NCBI GenBank assembly: GCA_963726455.1
Contig: CAVSCK010000005.1
Location: forward strand, 480,001 to 544,000
Direction: 5' to 3'
DNA: 64,000 nt
Source: an uncultured bacterium
Lineage (GTDB): Bacteria; Zixibacteria; MSB-5A5; CAIYYT01
In this document: piece after piece, positions 40,987-51,678 of the stretch
Layout: every line of letters starts with the position of its first letter
Position numbering within the stretch: position 1 is the stretch's first letter
Position numbers and translations under genes: made by a program
The notes under the pieces: generated by a model
Database searches by the model: none
Seen by the model: the letters and a program-made list of their open reading frames with translations, nothing else
Told to the model about the DNA's origin: nothing

Positions 40987-41980
40987 CTAGTGTTGCGCCA
41001 GTATCGTCTCAAACAGCACATCCTTTTGCACAAACGCCGTTCCCACGAATTCAACGACAATTCCCGCCGCCTGATTGGCAATGTACGCTGCCTCCAATTT
41101 CGTGGCGCCGGCAGCCACCATCGCCGTCATCACCGCGATTACCGTATCACCCGCGCCGGTGACATCGAATACTTTCTTGGCAACCGTCGGCAGATGATTG
41201 AACGACCCATCGCTCTCGAACAGCGCCATACCCTTGGCGCCGAGCGTGATCAAGATCGAATCCAGATCGAGTTCCTTCAACAGACTCCAGCCGACCTGCT
41301 TCAGTGTCTCATCGTCGCGAATGCGCACGCCCGCCGCAAACGATGCCTCATGATTGTTGGGCGTAATGACCGACACGCCCCGGTAATTGCGGAAATGCGT
41401 CTCCTTGGGATCGACCGCGACAAATTTCCCCTTTTGGCGCGCCAATCCTACCACGCGCTGCAACAGCGTCGCCGTGATTGCGCCCTTGCCGTAGTCCGAT
41501 ATCAGCAGGCAGTTGACATCGTCCATCCGGCTTTCGATATAGTCGATGATTTCTTTTTCCGTGTAGCCGTCGATCTCGGCGCGCGATTCCCGATCGGCGC
41601 GCACTACCTGCTGATTGTGCGCGATAATCCGCGTCTTCAGCGTGGTCGGCCGCTTCTGGTCGGCAACCAGTTTGTGCTTCCCGATGCCGTCGCGTTCCAG
41701 CATGTGTTTCATGCGGGTGGCGTTGGCATCATCGCCGACCAGTCCGGCGATCTCGACGCCGCAACCGACCGCGGCAATATTCTTGGCGACATTGGCGGCG
41801 CCCCCGAGCATGATCGATTCCGACTCGACTTCGACCACCGGCACGGGCGCTTCCGGGCGAAATCCGATCGACCTTGCCCCACAGATATTGGTCGAGCATC
41901 AGGTCGCCATACACCAGCACCTGTCCCCGCTCGAGATTGTCAAATAGTTGTTTCAGCCGTTCCTTGGTAATGATGGGCAA
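40987..41980 (-). CDS. rfaE1: Heptose-7-phosphate kinase RfaE domain I (frameshift near 41855)
   Basis: 'GDLMLDQYLWGKVDRISP|EAPVP', 'GGAANVA', 'SDYGKG', 'DVTGAGD'; TTG start after AAGGAG. Confidence 0.92.
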
Positions 41981-41990
41981 TGGATTCTCC

Positions 41991-42034
41991 TTGACTACAA
42001 CCGCCATTATATTACAATTCCTTCATTATATCAA
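41991..42034. promoter_or_regulatory. Overlapping divergent sigma70 promoters
   Basis: Minus: TTGATA-N17-TATAAT; plus: TTGACT-N16-TACAAT. Confidence 0.6.
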
Positions 42035-42043
42035 GGAGTTACG

Positions 42044-42361
42044 ATGCAACCACAGCAACCGCCGCAACAGATACAACTGGAATTACGTGAAGCCGAAGCC
42101 GAGGGGATTTATTCCAACCTCGTCATGATCGGCCATTCGCCCTCGGAAATCATCTTTGATTTTGCCCGTTTTCTTCCCGGTGTACCCAAAGCGCGGGTGT
42201 TTGCGCGCGTGATCATGACGCCGCAGAACGCCAAGTCGCTGCTCAAGACACTCGAGGACAACCTGAAAAAATATGAAGAGAAATTCGGCGAGATCAAACT
42301 TCAGGGGCTGCAGGAAGAAAAGAACATCGGCTTCATCCGCCCCGACAACGACGCGAAGTAG
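42044..42361 (+). CDS. DUF3467 family protein
   Basis: 'AEGIYSNLVMIGHSPSEIIFDF..ARVIMTP..YEEKFGEI'; AAGGAG RBS. Confidence 0.9.
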   Translation: MQPQQPPQQIQLELREAEAEGIYSNLVMIGHSPSEIIFDFARFLPGVPKARVFARVIMTPQNAKSLLKTLEDNLKKYEEKFGEIKLQGLQEEKNIGFIRPDNDAK

Positions 42362-42415
42362 GGATCGATCTTCAAACAACAGAATCCCGGGAGACTCAAT
42401 TCGGAATCTTGAGAT

Positions 42416-43297
42416 ATGGTCGAAGATAAATATCCTAAGGTCGGGGATTACGTTGTCTGCTTCATAGATGTCCTAGGTCAACGTGCTGCGCTGAGGGCCC
42501 AACGCCAAATGCCAAGAAGCGTGGATCCTGCGGAGATTGGAAAATTTGTCGCTACGATAATGGGAACTGTTGGACAAGTTAGCTCTCTGCATCGCTACAC
42601 CCAGATGACCCTGAAAAGCATTGATTCGCGTAAATCTGCGTTGGATCCCAATCCGGATCCAGTAATCCAAGACGTGCTTGAAGCGTCTCTTCAACACAAC
42701 ATAAGACAGCAAAGGTGGTCAGATGGTATCATGCTCTTCTCATCAATAACGGAAGCCAATGAGGCCTCCAAGATGAGATGCGTTGCCTATTTGATTTACC
42801 TGGCCGGCCTCGATGTTCTCTTTGGCTTGGCCGAAGGATACGCCGTTAGAGGCGGGATCGATATCGGCTGGGCTAGTGAACTGAATCCGAGTGAATTGTA
42901 CGGTGCCGCAGTAGCCAATGCCTACGAATTGGAAAGCGAGATTGCTCAGTATCCACGAATAGTGGCGGGTGATGCGCTCATGGAATACCTCAAGGCGGCT
43001 GCGGCTCGATCTCAGCCCGGAATCGTGGAAGCCGCCAATCAGGCAGCAGCGAGGGTCGCACTTGATCTCTTGCGGCCGGATGTGGACGGCATCTATTTTG
43101 TCGACTATCTGGGTTCCGGATTCCAGATAAACATTGCTCATACAATCTATCCTGAAATGGTACGCAGAGCGTCGCAATTCATTCGTTCTGAGCTTGACCG
43201 GTTTCGCACAGAGCGCAACACAAAATTGGCCTTCCGTTATCAAGTGCTACATTCATATTTCTTAGCAAACGCGGGGGAAATGGCAGAGGAGAAGTAG
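42416..43297 (+). CDS. Class III nucleotidyl cyclase-like protein (degenerate)
   Basis: 'CFIDVLG', 'WSDG', 'VRGGIDIG', 'LYGAAVANAYELES', 'YPRI'. Confidence 0.65.
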   Translation: MVEDKYPKVGDYVVCFIDVLGQRAALRAQRQMPRSVDPAEIGKFVATIMGTVGQVSSLHRYTQMTLKSIDSRKSALDPNPDPVIQDVLEASLQHNIRQQRWSDGIMLFSSITEANEASKMRCVAYLIYLAGLDVLFGLAEGYAVRGGIDIGWASELNPSELYGAAVANAYELESEIAQYPRIVAGDALMEYLKAAAARSQPGIVEAANQAAARVALDLLRPDVDGIYFVDYLGSGFQINIAHTIYPEMVRRASQFIRSELDRFRTERNTKLAFRYQVLHSYFLANAGEMAEEK

Positions 43298-43566
43298 CTC
43301 AGTTGACCGCCCCTCGGGGCCATCGCCGATACAATTCAAACGCTCCCCGCTTAATTCTTTCAATCTTGCTACTCCCTGACCGATAATGTGGCTCAACAAA
43401 CCCAACATTCCCTCTTCTCAACTTCGTACCCTACTCAGCGAGTGGGATATTCTGATATGAACAGCTCCCCTCAGCATCCTCATCTCCCGTTGGCGAGCCA
43501 GTGTTCGCCATCACCGGACGAGAAACCCGACATTCGCTCTTCTCAACCTCGTGATACCCACAAAGC

Positions 43567-43593
43567 AAAAGGGAGAAGCATCCGCTTCTCCCT
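43567..43593 (-). terminator. Intrinsic terminator
   Basis: Minus strand AGGGAGAAGC-ggat-GCTTCTCCCTTTT. Confidence 0.8.
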
Positions 43594-43621
43594 CGTGCCA
43601 TTGCAACCTGTTTTCCCGTCT

Positions 43622-43747
43622 CTAATTTCTCGGAGCAAAGTGCGTCTGGCTGTCCTGTCGACCGTCCCCGACACGTATCGGAATCGGCTGCGGGTGTCTC
43701 CCGCCGATCAAGTCCAGCAATATGTCAATCAGTTTTCTCAGCATCAT
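43622..43747 (-). CDS. Small protein (41 aa) with PQPIPIRV motif
   Basis: MMLRKLIDILLDLIGGRHPQPIPIRVGDGRQDSQTHFAPRN; AGGA RBS; terminator follows. Confidence 0.6.
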   Translation of the reverse strand: MMLRKLIDILLDLIGGRHPQPIPIRVGDGRQDSQTHFAPRN

Positions 43748-43794
43748 GGTCTTCCTACTCTTTGTACACATACGCGCGGAGGAGTTCCCCGGAT

Positions 43795-45342
43795 TCAGTC
43801 TTTTATGATCTTGAACGCTTTGGGCAGGAAATTCACGATATCGCCGGCAGCCATTCCAAACGTGCCGATCGACTTCTGCGCGAGGTCACCGGCCAGTCCA
43901 TGCAGATAGGCGCCGCAGACGGCGGCATCCAGCGGCTTCATTCGCAGCGCCAGCATCGCGCCGATCACTCCGGTCAAGACGTCACCCGAGCCGCCCGTCG
44001 CCATACCGGCATTACCGGTAGGATTGATATAGGCGGTACCATCCGGCGTGGCGATCACGGTGGGCGCGCCTTTGAGCAGTACCACCTTGCCGATTTCGGA
44101 GGCCAGAGCTATCGCATTTCCGAGCCGATCCTTACTGACTTCGGCCATTGGTTTGCCGGTCAACCGGGCGAACTCGCCAACGTGCGGTGTCAGCACCAGA
44201 TCCACCGGACAGGCACGCAGCAGGTCAGTCTTTCCGGAGAACGCAAACAACCCGTCAGCATCAAGAGTCGCCGGTTTGGACAGGCATGGCTATCAGCCGA
44301 CGAAACAGCTCCATCGTTTCGTGATGCCGACCTACCCCAGGGCCGAGGCAAACGGCATCCGCAAGTGCCACATTCTCAAGGATCACTCCCGAGCGATCTG
44401 ACCGCCAAGCAACGGCGGTTCTTGATCTCCGGGAGCGGCTTGGTCATGGCTTCAGTAAGTTTGACTTCTAGTATGTCATTCAATTCCTTGGGAATACCGA
44501 CAGTCACCAGACCAGCTCCTGACTTAACGGCAGCTTCGGCAGCCAAAGTGGCAGCACCAGTCGAGACCAACCGAGCCAGCAACAATAAATAGCTTACCGG
44601 CATCACCCTTGTGGGCGGTCGGACTACGATCAGGTATAAGTTGTTTGACCTCGATGGAATTTGTCAGGTTAATACGGATGTCTTCCTTGTCCACTGCCTC
44701 ACGTGGCATGCCAATATCGATCGTCTTGATCTGGCCGCAGTATCCCCGACCGGGATAGAAGTACTGTCCGATTTTGGGTAGACCGAGTGTCGCGGTATAG
44801 GAGGCCTTAATACACGAACCCGCGACCTCGCCGGTGTCGTTGTTCAGACCAGATGGGGTGTCGACTGCGAGAATAGGTATACCACTGGAGTTGATATAGT
44901 CAATAAGCTTGGCTGTGTGGGATTCGACCTGTCCGCGGAAGCCGGTGCCAAAGATGGCATCGACGACCATATCGAAACCGGAAACCATCGGCAGGACGGT
45001 CAGGGCTGAGATGTTGCTGATGCGGATTCCGATCTGCTCGATCTTCTGCAGATTGACCAGCGCATCCCCCTCGATTTGTTTGCGCTCAGCGAGTAAGAAT
45101 ACCTGAACCTGTGCGCCCCACGAGTGAAGATAGCGCGCGATCACGTAGCCGTCACCGCCGTTGTTGCCGCGACCGCAGAAAATGGCGACCCGTTTGGATT
45201 TGGTCTCGCCTGCAAGGATGTCTTTGATGTGATGTGCAATTCCCCGGCCGGCATTTTCCATCAATTCGAGGCCGGGGACTCCCATTCCCTGGATAGCGCG
45301 CTTGTCAATCGAGCGCATCTGTTGAGCAGTTACCAGCTTCAT
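43795..45342 (-). CDS. nnr: Bifunctional NAD(P)H-hydrate epimerase/dehydratase (several frameshifts 44250-44580)
   Basis: 'LMENAG', 'GNNGGDG', 'DAIFGTG', 'HKGDAG', 'GAGLVT', 'TPHVGE', '[11 protein letters not shown]' spread over several frames. Confidence 0.92.
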
Positions 45343-47715
45343 CGCGAATGCAATGTGGTATCTTTTTTCTTGCCCGCAAATGCAATATCAAGAACCTGAT
45401 CGATATGCTCGACGAAGTGGAACCGGAAATGCGCTTTGATCTCTTTGGGCAGATCGGCAAGATCCTTCTCGTTATCCGCCGGCACAATGATTTCCTTGAA
45501 ACCATAGCGTAACGCGGCCAGGCATTTTTCTTTCAGGCCACCGATCGGCAGCACCATGCCGCGCAGCGTGATTTCGCCCGTCATGCTGAGTTTGGGCCGC
45601 ACCGGGCGCTTGGTCAGCAGACTGACCAATGCCGTCGCGATCGTGATACCTGCCGACGGTCCATCTTTCGGCACCGCTCCGGCCGGCACGTGAACGTGGA
45701 TATCGGTCTTTTCAAAGAATGTCGGATCGATGCCAAGGTCTTTGGCGCAGGAGCGGACGCAGGAGAGCGCCGTCTGCACTGATTCCTTCATCACGTCGCC
45801 AAGCTGTCCGGTCAGCGTCAATCCCGATTTGCCCACCATCTGCGTGACTTCTATATAGAGGATGTCGCCGCCGGTCGAGGTGTACGCCAGACCCGGCACC
45901 ACACCGATTTCTCCCTGTCGCGGCAGTTTGTCAAACAGGAACCTTTCAGCGCCCAGATACTCCGGGACATCCTCCGGATGAATTGTCGATTTGGTCTTAA
46001 TGCCGGAGGCAACTTTCTTGGCGATCTTGCGGCAAACGTTGGCAATTTCGCGGTCGAGGTTGCGCAGCCCTGATTCGCGCGTGTAATTCTGAATAATCTT
46101 GAGCACGGTCTCGTCCGGCATAATAAACTGCGTCGGTTTGAGGCCGTGGTTTTCAATTTCGCGCGGAATCAGATATTTCTTGGCGATCTGCAGTTTCTCG
46201 CGGTCGGTGTAGCCGGGAAGGCGAATCACTTCCATGCGATCCAGCAGCACCGAAGGAATCGTGTCGAGAATGTTCGCCGTCGTGATGAACATGACCTTCG
46301 ACAAGTCGAACGGCACATCGAGATAGTGATCGGAGAACGTGTTGTTCTGTTCCGGATCGAGCACTTCCAGCAACGCCGAGGACGGATCGCCGCGGAAGTC
46401 TTTGCCGATCTTGTCGACCTCGTCCAGCATCAGCACCGGATTGTTTGAATCGCAACGGCGAATACTCTGGATGATTCTGCCGGGCAGCGAGCCGACATAG
46501 GTGCGGCGATGACCGCGGATTTCGGCTTCGTCATGCATACCGCCCAGCGAAATGCGCGCGAACTTGCGGCCCATCGCACGGGCAATTGACCGACCCAGTG
46601 AAGTCTTGCCTACGCCCGGAGGGCCGACGAAACAAAGGATCGGACCCTTGAGGTCGGACTTGAGCTTGCGTACGGCGAGAAATTCCAGAATGCGCTCTTT
46701 GACCTTTTCGAGACCGTGATGATCTTCGTCGAGAATCTTCGTGCGCTTTCCTGATATCAAGTTCTTCCGGCGTGGAGCGCTCCCACGGCAGTGATACCAG
46801 CCAATCGAGATAGGTGCGGCTGACCGTGTACTCCGCCGCTGACGGATTCATTTTGCTGAGACGATCGAGTTCTTTTTCGGCGGCTTCGCGCGCCAATTGC
46901 GGCAGACCACCCTCTTCGATCTTCTTCTTGAACTCGCCGATTTCGGCAGTACGATCGTCATCTTCGCCCAGTTCCTTGCGGATGGCTTTGAGTTGCTCGC
47001 GCAGGATATAGTCGCGCTGCATCTTGCCCATTTCGCTGGCGGCTTCCGCCTGAATCTTCTGTGACAATTCCAGCACTCCGACTTCGCGATTCAGATGGGT
47101 GACCAGCTTTTCCAGACGCTTCTGGACATCATAGGTTTCGAGCAGATCTTGTTTGTCGGCGATATTCAGATTAAGATTCGACGCAGCATAATCGGCCAGC
47201 TTGGATGCGCTTTCCTGATTGATGGCGGTAATATAGATTTCCTCGGAGACATTCGGCGCCAGATCGACGACTTTCTTCAGCAGGTCGAGGCAGTTGCGCT
47301 TGAGCGCTTCGATCTTGACCGAAGTGGTCTCGGTCTCCTCATAGATGTCCATCTCCGCCTGCATGTAGGGCTCGGTCTCAACGACTTTCTTGATGCGTAT
47401 ACGATGCAAACCCTGCACCAGAAAACGCACAGAACCATCGGGGAAGCGCAGCATCTTGAGCACGGTCGCGGCCGTGCCGACGTGATAGATGTCGTCCGGA
47501 CCCGGATTGGGGGTAGTCGATTCTTTTTGGGTGAACAGGCCAATGACCTTGCCGCCCATGAGAGCGTCATCCACCAGCTTGGCCTGCTTCTGATCGACAA
47601 TCATCAGCGGCATCACCAGATATGGGAAAACCACCATTCCCTTGACGGGAAGGCAGGGCATCAAATCGTTTTTCACCGGTTGAATTTCATCCTTGACCAG
47701 CATTTGCGTTTCCAA
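45339..47715 (-). CDS. lon: ATP-dependent Lon protease (frameshift near 46741)
   Basis: LON N-domain; 'GPPGVGKTS', 'DEVDK', 'PKDGPSAG'; GAGGAGG RBS before TTG. Confidence 0.96.
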
Positions 47716-47854
47716 TGGTACCTCCTCTGTTGTCGACGGCCACAATAATAGCAATCGTTCCAGCCCTATAATCGGGACGCACCCTCCTTTGTTCCATTTA
47801 TATATACAGTTATCGTATGTTTTTGGCAAAAGGTTGAATGGCGGGCGAGTTTCG

Positions 47855-48196
47855 GTAGGATAAACATTCTTGTTTGTCCGTCAGACCATCACTGCAAATG
47901 GTCAAACAGGAATGTTTAACCTACCGACGTATCTGCCGCAATTGGGTGGGATAAACATTCTTGTTTGTCCGTCGGCCCGCCACGTCAAAAGGTCAAACAG
48001 GAATGTTTAACCTACCGACGTATCTGCCGCAGTGCGGTGGGATAAACATTCTTGTTTGTCCGTCAGCCCGCCACGTCAAAAGGTCAAACAGGAATGTTTA
48101 ACCTACCGACGTATCTGCCGCAGTTGGGTGGGATAAACATTCTTGTCTGTCCGTCAGCCGCCACGTCAAAAGGTCAGACAGGAATGTTTAACCTAC
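47855..48196. repeat. Tandem array of four 91-bp REPIN/BIME-like units
   Basis: Units start at 47855, 47946, 48037 and 48128; each is GTRGGATAAACATTCTTGTTTGTCC + ~19-20 nt + its inverted copy ending CCTAC. Confidence 0.92.
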
Positions 48197-48328
48197 CCGG
48201 CCTGCTCGGGGCAGAGGAATATGTGTTGCCCTCGCACGCTGGAGCGTTATATTTCGACATTGATGTAGTGGTTCGGTGAACCTCTGTCAACGGCGTTCGA
48301 TGAGAACGAATGGGGAAAGGCACTTCTA

Positions 48329-49897
48329 ATGAGACGATTCGGGCTTTCTCGTGTGCGAGTGATCCTGGTCATCGCGGTCGCAGCAAGCGTAATCACGTTC
48401 CTGGTTCTGCTCATCGGCGGCTGCAGTCGGCCGATGACAGATGCCGAGGCATCAGCCGCGCTAGTCAAAGGGTGTAACCACAACGTCAATCAATTCCTGC
48501 TCGACAAGCTGGAGCAGAACCGGATCGTCATGCTTGCCGACGCCGGCCATGGAAGATCGCTCTATTTGCAGACCGTGATTTCCTTCTTGAATTATTGGCT
48601 CGATTCGCTCGAAACTTCGACCAATACCGATCTGCGCCTTCCCGCCAAGTTGATCCTGGTGCTGGAAACCGATTCAGCAGAGGGTACGCGTCTCGAGCGA
48701 TTTTTCAAGACGGGCAACATCTACGACGCCATGGACATTCGCCTCGCAACGGCGACTCAATTCAGTTGGGAGAAAGTTGAATTCTACAGTGATCTTCGAG
48801 ACATTTGGCTTCGGGCAGGCAAGTATCAGGCAGGTCAGAGCAACACCCGTAATTTCCTTTTTGAAATCTGCTGTCCCGAATCGACAATCGACGCGCAACT
48901 TTGGTCAAGAGCCAGAGGCGCCCAGTTCTTCTTCCATGAAAGAGACGAATACTCATCATCCCAGATCATCGCGAGATTGGATTCAGACCCGGAGGCCAAG
49001 GCCCTCATCTTCTATGGCGCAGCTCATTTAAATCGAGAGCGAACTGTCAAAATGGCGGACAGTCTCAGGGCTGAGGGTTACTTTATGGCGCACTACCTTC
49101 AAGAGCGCTATGGCGACAAAACTGGACTCTATACAGTCTTTCAGTTGCCGATTTCCGAGGCGAGAGCATACTCCATGTTATTTGACGCGCCCGGCTCGAC
49201 GTATGCCATCGACAACTCCGTCATAGCAGGTGCAAATTCTCTTGAGCGGATGGCTACCAACACTCACGGAGGTTCAATTTTCTGGTATTGCAGCCCGTCG
49301 CCGTCAGTGCCAGTTGCGCGCACTTCTACGATGAATCTGGCGAAATTTCTGGCGCAACGACTTGACATTCTGGCGAACATTGACAACGAGTTCAATAGGA
49401 TGGGAATGAATGAAGCCATGAGATTCCTTCATACAATCTCTGGCGTTCCGCTGAGTCCAATTCGTTGGCACGACAGCCTCGAAGTTTCACAGGTTCTCCA
49501 CAGGTGGCTGACTTGGTCGGATACGGCACACGTTGATGCGGTAAGAGATATCACAAGTCTGGCTCTCTGGAAAAGACTGGTCGACAACATGGCGGGGGAA
49601 GATAGAACGTACACTTCGGCCTACGAAACACTTATTGGCTGGTGGGCCGGCTTCACACCGTACCACGACACCACCATGACTCCGCGTGAACGAGCCGATG
49701 AATGCTGGCAGTTCATCCAGACTAACCGTTCTCGAATCGTGATCAACAACCTGATTCCGATTCTGTGGCTGGGGAATCCCGACGAAATCGCCAAAGCGAA
49801 GGACGCCTTGACCAAGGAAACGGGCCTGCATTGGAGTACTGCGAAAGAATGGACGTTGTGGTGGCGACGAAATTACGTCGCGTTGCCGGAGATATGA
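48329..49897 (+). CDS. Lipoprotein, possibly ChaN/EreA-like fold
   Basis: Lipobox 'IGGC'; 'IVMLADAGH', 'ERDEY', 'KALIFYGAAHL'. Confidence 0.65.
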   Translation: MRRFGLSRVRVILVIAVAASVITFLVLLIGGCSRPMTDAEASAALVKGCNHNVNQFLLDKLEQNRIVMLADAGHGRSLYLQTVISFLNYWLDSLETSTNTDLRLPAKLILVLETDSAEGTRLERFFKTGNIYDAMDIRLATATQFSWEKVEFYSDLRDIWLRAGKYQAGQSNTRNFLFEICCPESTIDAQLWSRARGAQFFFHERDEYSSSQIIARLDSDPEAKALIFYGAAHLNRERTVKMADSLRAEGYFMAHYLQERYGDKTGLYTVFQLPISEARAYSMLFDAPGSTYAIDNSVIAGANSLERMATNTHGGSIFWYCSPSPSVPVARTSTMNLAKFLAQRLDILANIDNEFNRMGMNEAMRFLHTISGVPLSPIRWHDSLEVSQVLHRWLTWSDTAHVDAVRDITSLALWKRLVDNMAGEDRTYTSAYETLIGWWAGFTPYHDTTMTPRERADECWQFIQTNRSRIVINNLIPILWLGNPDEIAKAKDALTKETGLHWSTAKEWTLWWRRNYVALPEI

Positions 49898-49922
49898 CGC
49901 ATATTCTTTGGCATCACATGCA

Positions 49923-50240
49923 GTAGCACGAACATTCCTGTTTGTCCCCGCATTTGTAGGTCAGTGAGCCCGGCCCCGAGTCAGTTGAAAATCCGTAGTC
50001 AAACCAACATCCGGGCGTGAACAGTGCCGGCGACGTGTCAAATGAGGGCTCCTGACGGTTTCATTAGATATCCTTGCCTGAAGAAGTCAGGAGCCCTCGC
50101 TTGAACAGACACCGATTCCTGTTCGCCACGCGAATTTGAATCGTCGGGAAAATCGCATGAAACATTCGTCGGGCTCGCTGACCTACTTCGATGTTTGTCT
50201 TTTCAAGCGATGACGCGACATGCAAGAATGCTTATCCTAC
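49923..50240. repeat. Nested inverted-repeat (REPIN-within-REPIN) cluster
   Basis: Outer GTAG..ACATTCCTGTTTGTC / GACA..AGAATG..CCTAC; middle GTAGGTCAGTGAGCCCG / CGGGCTCGCTGACCTAC; inner GAGGGCTCCTGAC / GTCAGGAGCCCTC. Confidence 0.8.
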
Positions 50241-50273
50241 TGAACCAACATCGCACGAAATCGAGTCTTCGCT

Positions 50274-51443
50274 CTACTGGCAACCCTCGCAGGGAGCCGG
50301 ACCGTCCCTGAAGATGTAATTCACCATATAGACGGCGTCCGCAATATTGAAATCACCGCTGCAATCGATGTCGCCGTGCCTGATATCCAATGGAGCAGGG
50401 CCGTCGTAAAGGAAAATGTATCGGATCAAGTAAACGACGTCCGCCAGATCGTAGTTCGCACTGCCGTCGAAGTCGCCGCACATGGCCAAAATCCGGAAGC
50501 CGCCGGGCATGACCAGATTCGGATCGAAGTGATCATTTACATGGACATCCCAAGGCCCCATTAAGGCAACCGAGGGAATAGCGATGTGCGCCTGAAGTTG
50601 GCTGGGTGAAAGAACGTTTACGGCATCGCAATTGAGAGTCGTGCTGGCTCTGGCGAAGTAGACTTCCGTCGCGCTCCCCTGGCCAAAATGAGTCCCCGTC
50701 CCACTGATTGTGACCCAGAGATCGCTGCTGCGCCCCGCGCTGTCGGGTGTAATCGAGATGAGTGCTCCCGGTTCATAAATCTTGAATGGCGAAATACTTT
50801 GCGCCTGTGGATAGTCCAATGTCCAGACCCAGGCAGTCACTTTGCCGGTCATCACATCCTGCGGAATCTGGAACCGAGCGTTCAAATGGTAGCGATCAAT
50901 TACATTCACGGTCGTTGCCGGTATATCAATCAACTGGGACGCTTGATGAAACCAGACAAGCGTCGTGCTGGCCATACCGAAATAGGTGTCGGTTCCGGTC
51001 ATGGCAACCCAAAGGTCGGCGCCGCGGGCACCGCTGTCGGGAACCATTGATACTATCTTCGGGTCAGGATTTACCGCAAGACCACTATATAGAATGAGCG
51101 GACCTATGACTGGATCGATTACGTTCACGTCCCACGCTCCGTAAGGAGCATTTGCCGGAATTGTCAGATAAATGTTTATGCTCGTCATCGATGTCGGGTT
51201 TATCCAACTGGGAACGATCGTGGAGCTTCCCTGCTCGAACCACACCGTCGGACTGCCCATCGAAAAATAGGTGTCCTGTCCCGTGATCGTGACGCCAAGG
51301 GTCTGACCCCGCAATGCCCAGTTCGGTTCAACGCTAACAAGGCCGGGGAAAACGCGGTTGGAATTATCATCGGCTGCGGCTGACGTTGCGCATAGCAGCA
51401 GCAATAGAAAGACCAAAAACAATAACCTCTGTTTCATGTCCAC
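50274..51443 (-). CDS. Secreted protein with three IPT/TIG-like Ig repeats + dockerin
   Basis: Three 'S.xPD....G..L.V.I.G..T.F' repeats; C-terminal dockerin 'CGDFDGS..GDIDCSG..GPAPC'. Confidence 0.85.
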   Translation of the reverse strand: MDMKQRLLFLVFLLLLLCATSAAADDNSNRVFPGLVSVEPNWALRGQTLGVTITGQDTYFSMGSPTVWFEQGSSTIVPSWINPTSMTSINIYLTIPANAPYGAWDVNVIDPVIGPLILYSGLAVNPDPKIVSMVPDSGARGADLWVAMTGTDTYFGMASTTLVWFHQASQLIDIPATTVNVIDRYHLNARFQIPQDVMTGKVTAWVWTLDYPQAQSISPFKIYEPGALISITPDSAGRSSDLWVTISGTGTHFGQGSATEVYFARASTTLNCDAVNVLSPSQLQAHIAIPSVALMGPWDVHVNDHFDPNLVMPGGFRILAMCGDFDGSANYDLADVVYLIRYIFLYDGPAPLDIRHGDIDCSGDFNIADAVYMVNYIFRDGPAPCEGCQ

Positions 51444-51678
51444 TCCCTAAAGCTGACGCCTGAGACGCCAAACCTCACGATATTGAAGAATGTTGAATCT
51501 GGCATAAGATAGCCATTATAAAACCAGAGTCAAGCGGAATTATGATCGAAGAAGACAATCGAACGGCCATTGGCTTCATAGCGGCAAAGAGCTTGCACAG
51601 GAAAGGGAAATCGGATATCCTTTCCTATCAAATGATTCCGTCCGTAACTGAGCCGTTGCGCCGAGGCGCCGAGTTCCT

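Noticed and set aside
39149-41970. Long plus-strand ORFs (613 aa and 326 aa; also 386 aa at 37829)
   Set aside because: Antisense shadows of well-supported minus-strand genes in GC-rich DNA
43294-43306. tRNA fragment GTAGCTCAGTTG
   Set aside because: Only a 12-nt match overlapping a stop codon; no cloverleaf
43388-44592. Plus-strand ORFs of 173 and 276 aa
   Set aside because: Overlap nnr, the small minus-strand gene and a terminator; no recognisable motifs
47855-48196. CRISPR array
   Set aside because: Intervening sequences are near-identical rather than unique, repeats alternate in orientation, and no cas genes are present
48052-48279. 75-aa repeat protein
   Set aside because: Translation artefact of the palindromic tandem array
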